DNA of 63,986 bases, filler included, from Cladosporium halotolerans (lineage: Eukaryota): the NCBI RefSeq assembly GCF_011745625.1. It is 5 parts of 5 records of this genome, joined end to end, with 100 filler letters (N's around TTAATTAATTAA, not from the genome) between each part and the next. Parts side by side here need not be neighbours in the genome. Positions count along the whole stretch, not along the records: positions 1 to 13,389 come from NW_027191568.1; 4 more parts are not named here. The stretch is one strand, 5' to 3'. The position numbers and the translations under genes were made by a program. The notes under the pieces are model-generated. The model was not told the DNA's origin, ran no database searches, and worked only from the letters and a program-made list of their open reading frames with translations. This document shows positions 1 through 11,851 of the stretch, in pieces. Every line of letters begins with the position of its first letter. The stretch's first letter is position 1.

Positions 1-937
1 TGCTTGATCACGGTCCTTTGGCTTGCTTGCTTGCTTGGTGCTCATAATAGCCAAGCGCAAGCAAGCCGCTCGTACTGGACTTGCTTGTGGACACCACTGG
101 GCAAGACTGGCGTCTGTTGCGCAAGGATCTGGGATTCGCAGTTGCAGTATCGTTGAACTCGTATTTGCACATGGTTTTCTCCAAGGCTGAGCCGTGACGA
201 GTCATTTCCGCCTTCTGCTGTCATAGTCCGATCGTCGGACTCTAGCGGCAGCCGGAGTTGGCTCAGGAATCTGGGCTTGCGATCGGGAGCGCTCCCCGCC
301 CAGTTGCAGAGCCTGGCTCAGCTGTGCGCGCATCCTTGTCAAGCGTTCAGGGTGAATATGCACCAGGTAGCATCTGCAGGAAGGCGGGGTACGATCGATT
401 CTGTAGGACATTAGGGCTACTTGCGATTTTATTTGAACTCCATCGACCCCCCCTGGATTATTGCCTAATTGGAGTAGCATTGGAGGGCAGGAGGCGGGCG
501 CGGGTTCTCAGTACATCCGAAGATTGAAACAAGCAGCCAACAGGACTCCGCTCTTCGCACACACCGCGACGCGCTTCGTCGCACATGTTGCTCAAGCGAG
601 TTTCTCCTCTCCAAAATCCATCGACAACTGCATCACGTATCACGACACCCTCTGCCAGTGACAACGTTGCAGACCGACAAAACAGACACCGAGATTTTCG
701 ATCGACCCCTGTGAACATGGCGGCGTATAGAGGAATGCGCTTGTATGGCAGCGAAATGCGTCAATTCATGGAGCATCGCATGGAAATACTTCGCATGGTA
801 GCAAAACAAATCACACTGAATTTGGGGACCAATGGTAAAACCGCCAAGCGATTTTTATCGATGTTGATCAACAGGCACATAGGTTACAATGAGTACCTGT
901 TCGAGACAGCTTCCGAGAAGTGCGGTTCGACGAAAGT

Positions 938-1421
938 ATGAGTTCGTCTGTCTCTCGATCAGCAGCTGGAGTTTCACTTCCACCAGCAATGGCGAACAAT
1001 TTGGGCAACATTTGCAATGATGCAGAAGAATCCGCAACAGTCGAGGGCCTTACAGAAGCAGTGGCAAGAATGGAGCACGAACAGCGAGACTTTCAAATTC
1101 TTCAGCCCGCCACCGGAGATACGCAACATCATTTACGTCCTCTCGCTAGATGCTGAGATCGAGCCGTCTCCAAAAGCGAAGGAGAGGAAGATCCATCGGC
1201 CACTCGGCAATCCAGGCACTTCGATAATGCATCTCAATAAGCAGTCATGGACTGAGGCCAGCTCATATCTCTTCAGCACAAACGCGTTTTTGCTGATACA
1301 CGCATCGCTGACAGAGAGACTGATCAGCAATGAAATATTGTCGCAGAAGAATACGCAGCCTCTGCTTGGCTTTATCCCACGAGCATACGTTCAAGCTCTT
1401 CAGAGTGATATCCGTAGATAA
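938..1421 (+). pseudogene. Degenerate gene with F-box-like 'FxxLPxEIRxxIY' motif
   Basis: ATG 938 frame (MSSSVSRS...RMEHEQRD) shifts into the 1017..1421 frame carrying FKFFSPPPEIRNIIY; frameshift and early stop. Confidence 0.4.
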
Positions 1422-2964
1422 GCAGAAACAGCACGACTACGCAGACGAGGATCTCAAACGATGAACCTGAAAAGCTCACCGTCCATATCCGCCCAATCCC
1501 CTCCAAAGCCCTCATCAACCCGGCTGCCAATGTGAGGATCAGGTGATCGTCAATGACGGTTGCCGTAAGCAAATAGTTGAGCTAATCTTCAGAGCGGCAT
1601 GGGCCGATTTACAGATAGAATGATGCAGACAGTGGCAGCGTTCCGGAAAAACCCAAAGGCAAGGACGACTCTGCGGATGATGCTGATCATGCTGGACCAT
1701 TCACACCACCGGTATCGAGTACAGATTTTCAAACCTCATGTGAATCCTCTTTAGCTCTGAACGCTTGCAGGCGAAGAAAATCGAGAGGTTCTCTATCCCA
1801 AACAATCGATACGCCTGTAGATTTGCGGATTCAAGATGACGCACATGGTATCTCTAACAGTTTACAAACTTCCAATTTTAGACCAGATGTCTTGATCATC
1901 AGCTGTGCTGTTATCAACGAAGCTCTATCGGTTTTGTGTAGAGACTTATGCTCCATATGGAGCGCAAGGATTGTCAACCGTCCTTGTGAACGTGACCAGA
2001 CAGTACGATGACGGGGCCTACACATGAGTGCAGTGCAGTGTGGTCGCGCTGCTGTGCTCCGATATCAACATTGGATTAATTAGATGCTCGTGCTGAACGA
2101 AGCGCGCGCGGCCCCTAATAACCGAGTTACTTGCCCCGTTGGCCGAATCCAAAGGCTGCCTTTCCGACTGCTCAGCGGGGTAGCCTTGAAAGTGTCTGCT
2201 GCCATGCGAGGATTAGAGTCAGACGACTTGGAATCTTAGGAATATGTTTCAGGGAGTCATCGAGAGGGTGAGCATTGTTCAGCTGAGGTTTGCAGCCAGG
2301 CTGTTGCCGCTCTGCAGGTGGGGCCGACATGCCTGTGGTGTGCTTACTTCTTTTCATATATGTACGACCGGATTTCCGCTGATGTTCTGTTCATGAGGCA
2401 ATATGTCGTCTTGCGGGCATCCTGCGCTGGCTGCGACAATACATGGCGGGATCACAGAATGGGGCAAGTTCCCCGTGGTGGCTACTGTTCGCTTTGCATA
2501 GCATTTACTTGTCCGATGCTGTCATCTCCCATGTTGCGCCAGAGTACAAAGCAATTAATGCTCTTCAGACGCGGCGAGGGTTTCCCCTCGAACGTTGTCT
2601 GCTGCGTATCCCAAATAGATGGAGCGGCTGATCGGGCGGTCTTGCTACCAACACTCAGCGTTTTCAGACGCGCCGTCTTGATCTCTTTGGTGAGAATGAC
2701 CCGTGGACTCATCGCTCGCGCATCTAGATAGCTTGCTTGCTTCCGCTGCAATAAGTTGTGTAGGTGTACGTGTCAAAGCCAACTCGGGGGTTCCCGTGGT
2801 GCGAAGCCAGGATGACGCTTTCTCGGCCCAAACGGCTTGCTCGGCTCAGGTCAGGCGCGGAGAGGGAGGTCCCTCAGCTTCCACCGCGCTTGCGGTCGCG
2901 TGCCGCGTCGCGTCTTCGCAAATTCCCGTCCTCCGACATACGCACCCTATGATCAGCGGATCGG

Positions 2965-5220
2965 ATGACGAGTATGCGACAAGAGCGGAAGCGTCAAAAT
3001 AAGCCCGCATCGAATCCGTACCCGGTTTCAACAGGCCATGCGAACAGACAGACGCGCCATGCCAAGGACAAGCGTCGTTTGCCACCAAAAGCGCAAGCTT
3101 CACGCCCCTTTCTTGCATCGGGTGAAGGCGTGTCCGGAATAACGTCCCCGAAGGACACGGCAGCAAGGAAACGGGAGAACCAGGACCTGTGCGAGGATTG
3201 CGGCGACGGCGGAACGTTGATCTGCTGCGAATACTGCGATCGATCTTATCACGGTGTCTGTTTAGAGCTTGAGGTCGGCGATTTGCCCGATGACTGGGCA
3301 TGTCCAAAGTGTGAGCGGTCGCAGAAGAATGTGGACCTCTCACTCGACCCGCGAGCACGTCTGTCGGCGAGTAGCCGAGGTTCAATCTCCTGCGGCGAAG
3401 GAACACCACAAGTCTCGCAGGCTTTACACGCATTTGGGGAGCCGGGCGAGAATACCAATGGCAAATTGCGAGGACCTTTGCTGGCGACTTTGCTAGCGAC
3501 AAGCCGTGACACGCCATCCCGCAGCGACAGACGATCAGAAACCCCGCAGTCTTCACGCGCACTTGGCACGCCGAGCGAGAGCAGCAATGTTGAACCAATC
3601 TCTAGGCTCTCATACGAACACCGCGACTATCTGGCGCTCCCTTCCAACATCGAAGGCTATTCTGGAAGAGCTGACGCTCAGTGGGCCTACAGGCCGGCAT
3701 CCAAAACACCGAGCGCTGAGCCGCGACTTCGTGATCTCGTATTACCAGGACGCATCCAAAACATTGATGCTGCGCAACGGGCTGACGGTTCACCAACAAC
3801 ATGCTGCGCGATCAACGTCAGTCCGGAAATCCACAGTGGACAGCAGACTCCGGGAAGCTCGATGCTTGAAGTTCCGGCAACCGACGATCGACGCATGAGT
3901 GATGAGGAGCCGCGGGAGGATGGGAAAAGAGGCATGGTGATTCCTCCAGAGGCGCTGAGGCACCGTATTCCTCAGCTTGAAAATGCGATATCGGTGTCAT
4001 CGGACACGGTTACGCAGATCGTGAGGAAGGATCACAAATGCCAAGATGGTGGCCTGACACCACCCTACAGCGATTGCCATGCGCGGTTGGATTGTGATGA
4101 CCCTCAGTTGATTGAGCCAAAGATGATTCAGAAACTTGCAGAAATGGAATGCTTCCAGCGCCATTGTTCACGTTCTACCCTACTTCAGGCAGATCTTTGC
4201 GCGATAGACTCAGTGTCTGACGCCGTAGACGCCGTCTGGAAAACTTGCACTATCCGAACACCAATAGCAATCGACGGGAGTAGCTGCTTTCCCTCTAGAG
4301 AACCGGACGACGAAGCACTATGGAATGAAGCCTTCTTCGACAGAGCCTCCAGGGTGTTTCTCAATGGTGAAGAGAGCACGCGCCGGGACAATCTTGCGCG
4401 CGCGTTTTTCCAGTTGTTCAAGCCAAACAAGCAGTGCCCCGTCTCCGTCATCGGAATCCAGCCTCGCGAATCTGCTCTGCCTGAGTACATGGTGCCAACC
4501 AGCCTTCATGAATACGTTACACCCCACGCGCAGCGCGATACCATTTACAATCTGACTCCGACTTACTCGTTCGTTGATCTGCATGTCGATTATGGCGCGG
4601 ACGGTATATCAAAGACAATGGGAGAGTGCGAGAAATATTGGTTCCTCTTCCCACCAACTGCGGAGAATTTGCAATTGTTGGCATCGGTTCACGGTGAGCA
4701 TAGGAAATTAGGAAAGCTATTGCCTCGGCTTGAGTGCGGTATTGTTGCCCGGACAAGGTCAACTGAGGCCCTTTACATACCGTCAGGATGCATACACGCC
4801 ACGTACACCACGGCCGGCGGATTCCTGGTCGCGAAAGACTTTGCGACGCCCCTCACGTGCGATGTGATCGCACGCCTTGTGTGCTCGGAATACTTCGCCG
4901 TTTTTGACCACCGAAGTCACGAACTTTGTCTCGACTGGTTCGAGCTGTCGTTGCAAGTTGCGAGCCAGCACAGGGACATTACCAAGGTATGCAGCGCCTG
5001 GTGCATTGTCGAAGACGCTCTCAAGGCTTTCACAGCGGGACCACTACGAAAACACTTCGAAAGGGTCAAAAGCAGGGGCCGCGGCTGGTTCGATGCAGCG
5101 TTAGACAAAGATGATGCATCGCTCGAGGATTGTCCATGCGGATGGAAATGGAAAAGAGGACAACCTCAGTTCAAGGCACACTGGCAGAAAGATCATTTCG
5201 AACGAGGACGCACAAGTTAG
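2965..5220 (+). CDS. PHD finger + JmjC domain protein (putative histone demethylase, KDM2/KDM7/Jhd1-like)
   Basis: C4HC3 PHD CEDC..LICCEYCDRSYHGVC..WACPKC; JmjC with Fe ligands H-V-D and H (FVDLHVDYG...EKYWFLFPPT...LYIPSGCIHATYT); C-terminal CPCG..HW..DH; 751-aa uninterrupted ORF. Confidence 0.85.
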   Translation: MTSMRQERKRQNKPASNPYPVSTGHANRQTRHAKDKRRLPPKAQASRPFLASGEGVSGITSPKDTAARKRENQDLCEDCGDGGTLICCEYCDRSYHGVCLELEVGDLPDDWACPKCERSQKNVDLSLDPRARLSASSRGSISCGEGTPQVSQALHAFGEPGENTNGKLRGPLLATLLATSRDTPSRSDRRSETPQSSRALGTPSESSNVEPISRLSYEHRDYLALPSNIEGYSGRADAQWAYRPASKTPSAEPRLRDLVLPGRIQNIDAAQRADGSPTTCCAINVSPEIHSGQQTPGSSMLEVPATDDRRMSDEEPREDGKRGMVIPPEALRHRIPQLENAISVSSDTVTQIVRKDHKCQDGGLTPPYSDCHARLDCDDPQLIEPKMIQKLAEMECFQRHCSRSTLLQADLCAIDSVSDAVDAVWKTCTIRTPIAIDGSSCFPSREPDDEALWNEAFFDRASRVFLNGEESTRRDNLARAFFQLFKPNKQCPVSVIGIQPRESALPEYMVPTSLHEYVTPHAQRDTIYNLTPTYSFVDLHVDYGADGISKTMGECEKYWFLFPPTAENLQLLASVHGEHRKLGKLLPRLECGIVARTRSTEALYIPSGCIHATYTTAGGFLVAKDFATPLTCDVIARLVCSEYFAVFDHRSHELCLDWFELSLQVASQHRDITKVCSAWCIVEDALKAFTAGPLRKHFERVKSRGRGWFDAALDKDDASLEDCPCGWKWKRGQPQFKAHWQKDHFERGRTS

Positions 5221-5517
5221 TATATCGCATTCTCATAGTCAAACCTATACATACACGTATCCACCGTATCCTGAAGTTGAAACTCCTGTCCCCGTGCACG
5301 GCGTGCCATAGACGAGATCGAGCTCGCCAGCGGTGGACATTCGGACTTCGATGAACGGGAACAGCCGTGCCGAGGTGAGATCTCTCTGCTTTCGCAGCGC
5401 AAGCCCGAGCGCAACAAACTATCCCGCCGCGTCCCTCCTCCCTACCGGATCTCTTCGGCAGTCTGTTATCATTTGCTCGGCCTGCAACCATCCTGTACGC
5501 GGACTCCACAACTCGAG

Positions 5518-6705
5518 ATGCCGAAACTACGAGACGTCTCCCATCTCGTGCAGAACAGTGCATCTCGTGCATCGCGAAAAAGAGCTTGCTCAGAGAACGG
5601 CGGCCCGGAAGCCAGTCGTCGACGTCCATCCTTGAGCTTTTTAGTCTCAGACTTCGTCAAGACAGGCACGCAAAACAAGGCTGGGTCCCTGCGTGAACGA
5701 GACATTCATGATGGAACTGGGGCAGAGGACGGACACGGAGCGCCCGCGAAAACGGTGGGATCTGAGCCGTTTGCCTCGGCAGGCGATACGAACACCGGCG
5801 TCAGCGACGTTGCGGTGAGCAAAGACGGCGTCGAGGATGGTGAAAAGTTGTTGATGGAAGTTGGGGACCAGTCGAAGGCGCGTGGTTCAGTGGCCGCAGA
5901 TCAACCCGTGGATCATGGTGAACGCATGATAAACAACGACCGCCCCGGCACCAAAGAATCATGGGATGGCATATTTGAGGGCGTAGCCGAGTCGACAGGG
6001 ATTGACGAAGGCAAGTTGGACAACCGTGACACAGCCGACGACGCAGAAGAGTCAAGCCCAGGTTCAGGGAGCATGTCCGATAATGCTGCAGAGGAGCCTT
6101 CTGGCTCGTCCCCGAGCCGACAGCAATCTGTCTCCTCTACCGGTTGCCCGCCCGTGCAGGAATATTTCGTCGTAAAAGAGAACAGAAAAACTCCGAATTG
6201 CAAACCCAAGATCTTTCGCACAGACCTCGCTAAACGCAGCAACGTAGAAATTTGGCGGCAATTACAAGAACTGCAGACCGTCCAGCATGCAGGTGTTCAT
6301 TACTGCCTGGATGAAGTTGTCTACGTTTACACCTCTGAGGGAGATGATTCACCCGCCAGGATCCGGGAAATCCGCGATACAAAGGATGACAAAGGCAGGA
6401 TTGACATATGTGTGTCCTGGCTCTATTCGGAGGAGGAGGTGAGGCCTACCTGCAACAATCCTGAAGATTGGTCGAGCGGCGCCACTCATATCGACAGCGA
6501 CCGGCTTCAAATCGTGCCGTGGGACACGTTGAATGGCCATCCTACTAAAATGGAGGTCCGACCCTGCCCAAAGAAGATTTTGAGCTTCGGTAAGAAGTTC
6601 AATAGGATCTTGAAGCGCGATGACGCGGCTCTGAAGAGATTGAAATTGGCCAACGAACATGGCGCGGAAATTTCCAGGCCCCAGCGCATGAGGATGCTAT
6701 CGTGA
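5518..6705 (+). CDS. BAH domain protein with acidic low-complexity N-terminus
   Basis: YCLDEVVYV..PARIREIRD..ICVSWLYS..HIDSDRLQIVPWDTLNG fits the BAH pattern; first ATG at 5518 within ORF 5473..6705. Confidence 0.7.
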   Translation: MPKLRDVSHLVQNSASRASRKRACSENGGPEASRRRPSLSFLVSDFVKTGTQNKAGSLRERDIHDGTGAEDGHGAPAKTVGSEPFASAGDTNTGVSDVAVSKDGVEDGEKLLMEVGDQSKARGSVAADQPVDHGERMINNDRPGTKESWDGIFEGVAESTGIDEGKLDNRDTADDAEESSPGSGSMSDNAAEEPSGSSPSRQQSVSSTGCPPVQEYFVVKENRKTPNCKPKIFRTDLAKRSNVEIWRQLQELQTVQHAGVHYCLDEVVYVYTSEGDDSPARIREIRDTKDDKGRIDICVSWLYSEEEVRPTCNNPEDWSSGATHIDSDRLQIVPWDTLNGHPTKMEVRPCPKKILSFGKKFNRILKRDDAALKRLKLANEHGAEISRPQRMRMLS

Positions 6706-8252
6706 GAGATAGAAACGCATACAACGGGTACGAAGAACTGCAAAGCACGTCACGAATAAAGAAGAAGGTAAACGGGACGATGACGAGCATGTGGGAAGGC
6801 GTTGTAAACAAAGATGTGCCGCGATGTTCTGGCGAAGATTGCTGGAAAGCAGCGTGGAGCGATGCCGTCTGGACCGTCAGCTGGGCCGTTTAGCGGAATG
6901 CAGCAAAGCTCGACACCACAGAAAAATGAAACAGTCGCCAACTCTTCGCGGCGGCGCCGCGGGCCCGTCTCGCGAGACAGGTCTGTCGGGCATTGGAGGC
7001 AGGTGACGGCTGCAGTAGCTTCGCAAGGACGTGTCCGATCATGACACAGCTTTACGTTTCCGCCTCAAACGATCGACGTAACGCTCTCCGCTGAGTATCG
7101 GACTCGCTGAATCCTCGACTGGCTCGGCACTGGCTCGGCAGGCGGCAGGCCAGACTGGCGCGTCTATGTCGCAAGTTCTCTTCTGCTGGACCTGATCGAG
7201 TACGCTTCAGCTTCTCCGGCCTTGATACCGAAGAAGCTACTGCGAACGAGAATGGCTGCTGCTGCAAAACTACGCAACGACATGCTTATCGCGCTCCTAG
7301 ACGCTGGAGATGCCAGCGCTCACCTCAGTGTTGGCGGTATTCAATAGGATCTCCCGGAAAGAATTCGGAATGGCGTTGCTGGCGCAGTGCGCGGGCACTC
7401 TGTGTGTGCGGCTATTGCGAAAACGATCGGCGCAGTCCGATTGTCACTCGGACCTGTCCCGATGGCAGACGCAAATGCATGAACGACGCCCCCGTGCCCG
7501 CAGAGTTATCGCAGCAGTACTCGCGGCCGCAGGTTGGCCGTTCATACACCACCGTAGGACGAGGATGGTGGGATCGCTCGATCCAATGGTGGTCCTGCGC
7601 CAAATACGCCGCTTAGACGCAAACAAGATTACTACGAATCTCGACAGGGGTGTCAGCAGGGAGGTCTTGCAGCGCACCTCCCGAGGCGGGCATGTTGTCA
7701 ATAGAACGTGGGCTGAAGCGCCGCCAAAAGGGCAGCGGGGAATTGCCGAGGACGTTGAAGTCTTTAAGGAACCACCGTCGCCATCACACCATCGCGCTCT
7801 GGGCGACGGCATCTGCAACCTGCATTCGGGGTTCACTTTTGAAAGTTGCAACTCAGATTCGACGGGCCACAAGACGTGCTTTGTATCACGTTTCACGTTC
7901 TCTTGATTCACTAACGATGCATCGGCCTGAAAACAACGGCGATTCCCGTCTATTGCAGGCATATGAACTTGGTAGGAAAAGTATGGAAGCCGACTGCGCC
8001 GTGCCGTCGGACGTCCGAAGGCTGTCTGCCATCTCGACGACACACACCAACCGTCGAAGGAAATGTCAAGAAGCTGGTGGGACTGTCTTTCCACATGTTT
8101 CAATGCGACGGTCTACAGCAATACGTGTCGCAGACACCTCGGACGTTTCTTTTCGCTTACAGCCATTCAAGCAAACAAGAGCTCCGAAGAAATAAACGCG
8201 GCTGAGGAATATCGTTTTTCTTATTATGTAACCTTGAAGGGTTGGCATACAC

Positions 8253-9015
8253 AGTGGCCTAGCGGTTCATGTGCCCCGGCGTACGCGAGCTGGTAAACGA
8301 ACCTTGATATCGAGCGAGATTCCAGAATCGTTTAGTAACATGACAAAAATGCTTCGCTTGACCGGCAGTGGTGTCACGCCATTGACTTGCAGTGCGATCT
8401 TATTAACCTGTCGTGCGACTGTGTTACCCTGCTATGCTCTGCTGTGGGTCAACCTCTATACGTCATCGCATCGCTAGACTACGCTTTCCAAGAAGTGAGT
8501 TCTCGCTCCTATGTCTTTCCAGCGAGTGGGAGAGCACGGTTCACGTCCGCACAAGGCTGGGTATTCTCCTTTTGCCTCTTGAAGCTTCGGCGAAAGATCT
8601 TGAGCTTGTCCGTCGACCCTCATAGAACATTGGTATCGCTGATGAAGCATGGAAAAGAGTAGTTACGACAATTCAATCACAACGAAACAACAGCTATGTG
8701 CGAAGCGTGGATCTTTTCCTTTCACTCGCAAAAAAGGCACTAGAGCAGAAGATTCCAAGCACTTCTTGGAAAGCGTCGTCTGCCCGTACGACGACGTATA
8801 GGAAGTTGATCCACAACATCGCGCCACAGCGTCGCACAGCATGGTGACACAGTCGCACTGCGCGTCACTCATGTGTCGCTGCTCCAGCTGAGAGATATTA
8901 CTGTTGTGGTGTTACTGAACGATTCGTGCTTCTCGCTTGATATCGAAGCTTATTTACCCCCTTGCTTAAAGACACGAAGCACTCGGACACTGTGTCTACT
9001 CACCGCTGCGGCCAA
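8253..9015. repeat. Degenerate long inverted repeat (foldback/MITE-like relic)
   Basis: Left arm (e.g. ggtaaacgaaccttgatatcgagcgag ~8292; gcgactgtgttacc..acgctttccaagaagtg ~8415-8497) matches the reverse complement of ~8700-8960; outer ends approximate. Confidence 0.7.
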
Positions 9016-9633
9016 GACGTGAAGCTTGTCCGCTCCGATTGCAGCAAAGAAGGAAAGACAACATGTACATGTGCAACTAGGTGTAGTCTGTCGCAGTTCC
9101 TCGGGTCTCACAAATTACTCTGTTGTGTATCAGGTTTCTGCGAGCATGCAAGGATGATGGGCCAAACTCATTACGCAAAATCTATCTCATCACGCTTATA
9201 TCAAGACGAGGCCAATCGCTCTATGCGGCTTCAAAAGCGAAAGACTAGTCGGCAAACAGCCGCCGAAGGCGCCTCTAGCCAACGTCAAAGGGAAAAACTT
9301 GATTCCATCGCCGCCGACTATGGCAGCGCCAACCACGGGGAAAGTCACCACCGGTGCAGGCCAGTGGCGTAAGGTCACTGTAGCATCGTTATGCGACACG
9401 AGAGTCGTCAACCCGATGCCACCCGATCCAACCACCAGTTGTCGCGCCTTTCGATCCACACCTAATCCTTCATTACATGCAGCCCCATCTGAATCTGTCA
9501 ATCACCAGCACAATGATTTCAGAGAACCCGCTACTCTCTTTATACCACAGATGGTCATGCGGAGAGCCGGAGGGGGATTGACTCGTCCTTTCCAATTCTC
9601 AGAGATCGTGACGATCGCACTAGATCATTTGAC

Positions 9634-10053
9634 TTGAAAAATGCTCTCCCAATCTCCCACTGCCACCTCCAGCCAATCACCAGAGGCGATGTTCGTTCGA
9701 ATGGCAATCAGAACGTATTGAAGGGCCATCCCACACCACATGATTCAACTCAAGAAAAGTCTCGGCCCAACAGACCTTCTTACACTGAGGAGCAGAAATT
9801 CTCCATCATGTACTACCGCATCATCAAAGAGCTCTCCTGGCCTGAGATAGAGCTTGCATTCGGAAAGCTTTTCGATCCACGGACCACAGATGGTCTTACC
9901 AGCGTATACTACCGCGTTCGGAAGAGTTGGGGCGAAGTCTCGAAGACCGAATCGACATCAGTCAACGACCGTAACACGATTGAGCTTCAATCCGTCCGTT
10001 TTTCCAAGGCCTTTTTGATAGAGCTTGGCTATTGTGACGGGGAGGACGTGTAG
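9634..10053 (+). CDS. Myb/homeodomain-like HTH protein (C-terminal part; true start may lie upstream near 9320)
   Basis: RPSYTEEQKFSIMYYRIIKELSWPEIELAF..RTTDGLTSVYYRVRKSWG three-helix motif. Confidence 0.6.
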   Translation: MKNALPISHCHLQPITRGDVRSNGNQNVLKGHPTPHDSTQEKSRPNRPSYTEEQKFSIMYYRIIKELSWPEIELAFGKLFDPRTTDGLTSVYYRVRKSWGEVSKTESTSVNDRNTIELQSVRFSKAFLIELGYCDGEDV

Positions 10054-11851
10054 GTGCCTTGCAGCCCTCATTCGATCTGGGCATGCGAGCTTTGGGACAC
10101 ATTTTGACATTCGATACAGCGTATGCAATGGGAAACCGACTTTGATAGTGCCGCTTTGATAGTTGAGCTTGTCGGTGCCTAAGGGTGATTGGTCCACCAT
10201 CAGCGAAGTCGTGCCCGCACCCATCGAAACGACACCTCTCAGCATGCGCTTTATTTCCGCTTCGCTTACGTAGGGGTGCAGTACGGGTCAGTTACTTCTT
10301 GTGTGAGCTTCAGTGGGTGTCTGTTAACCGCACCTGGAGATGAAACTACCGCATCATCAAAGAGCTCTTCTGGCCTGGAATAGAGCTTGAGTTCGCAAAA
10401 TTTTTGGATCAATGGCGCACAGATGGTCTCACCAGCGTCTCTACTGAGCACCAAACCAATGCCTGCGAATGACACAATGATTGAAAGTAAAGCTTCATAC
10501 GTTTGCGGTGTCTTGGCCATGACGATGAGTAAGGCTATGTCGAAGACGAATGTCCCTTTCATTGTTGAGTTGCTCAGGGATAAAAGCATTCTCCCGCTGA
10601 TCCGCTTGCCTTATGTCCAAGGTCGATCTCCGGATTGCAGGATCTACCTTGTTGCTTCTTTGGCTTGCTTTGAATCCGGCTCTGGGACTGTATGCTCAGC
10701 AGATGCTGTATGTCATTCTGTGCCGTTTGCTCTGTGGCTGTATGGTCTGCAACTCGTTCTTGTTATACGATCGTATATTCTCATATTTCTGCTTGTTCTT
10801 TTGTGGTAGTGTTTTGCTCTCTAGCTGATGCCATATTTTCTTCGACTTTCTTTGGACAATTGGGTGCTTGTACATGGCGCTGCTAGAAAGCTTCACTTGG
10901 GCCCGGCATACGCGAAGGATCGATGTGATGCGACTCGTGAAGCATGTATCAAAATCCACCCACGTTCGGAAGTATCGCAACATTTGTCTATTCAAGGATC
11001 TGCTCCAAATTAATTTCAACCTGACGCTCTCGACTTTCATCAGGCCATTCGCAAGGTTGGAGCACTAAGCTTTCCGTCTTCTCAATAGCGCACTAGACTA
11101 CCACCTGCAATTGTGTACTTGCCAGGTGAGCACTTTCGCTGGTGTGCATTCGAAGTTCGGGCGCCGAATCTACGTTGTGACGCGAGAATTCCTTTGCGAA
11201 GCCTCTGCATGAGAAGACTCGCTTCAACCATCTGTAGCGAAAGGCCATCGCGGTCATGTGGCAGCCTGTGGGATCAGAGTCGAGACAGCAAGTATGGGGG
11301 GACGAGGCGTAGCAGCCTGCCATCCATCGGAACATGCCCTGGCTTCAAGGAAACGGGTGAAAAACATTGCAAAACCTTACTGCCTCAAAGCCACACTGCT
11401 TTCGACCCCGGATGTGCCAGTTCGTGTCTCTGGTGTCTCCCGTCAATCCCTAGGACCGCAGCGCTGTGCTTGGCAAAAGTAAGGCTTGGCGTCGGTGCCC
11501 AGCCGAAGCGCCGGACCAGGCCAAGCTTGACAGGCGCTGTTTCTCGTCAGATCTTACGCGCGCGCTTATTTCCTCTGTTCGGACTCTGCCTTCAGCTCGT
11601 CAGCTATGGGATGCGGTGATGGTCTCGGGAGAGTGAGAGACATGTTTACTGGTCATACCGCAGGCCGCCATATGCATAGACCACTCCCTTGTCGGCGCTC
11701 TCCCATCACTACCGAACATAAGCATGGCAGCCTCAAGCCCGACGGCAACCTCCCTTCCTAGCGGGATACCCGAGACCGACCAGGAATTGCTGAAATTTGC
11801 GCAGGCAAGGGTGATCTGCAGAAGCTGAATAAAATCTGCGCACAGTGGGAA

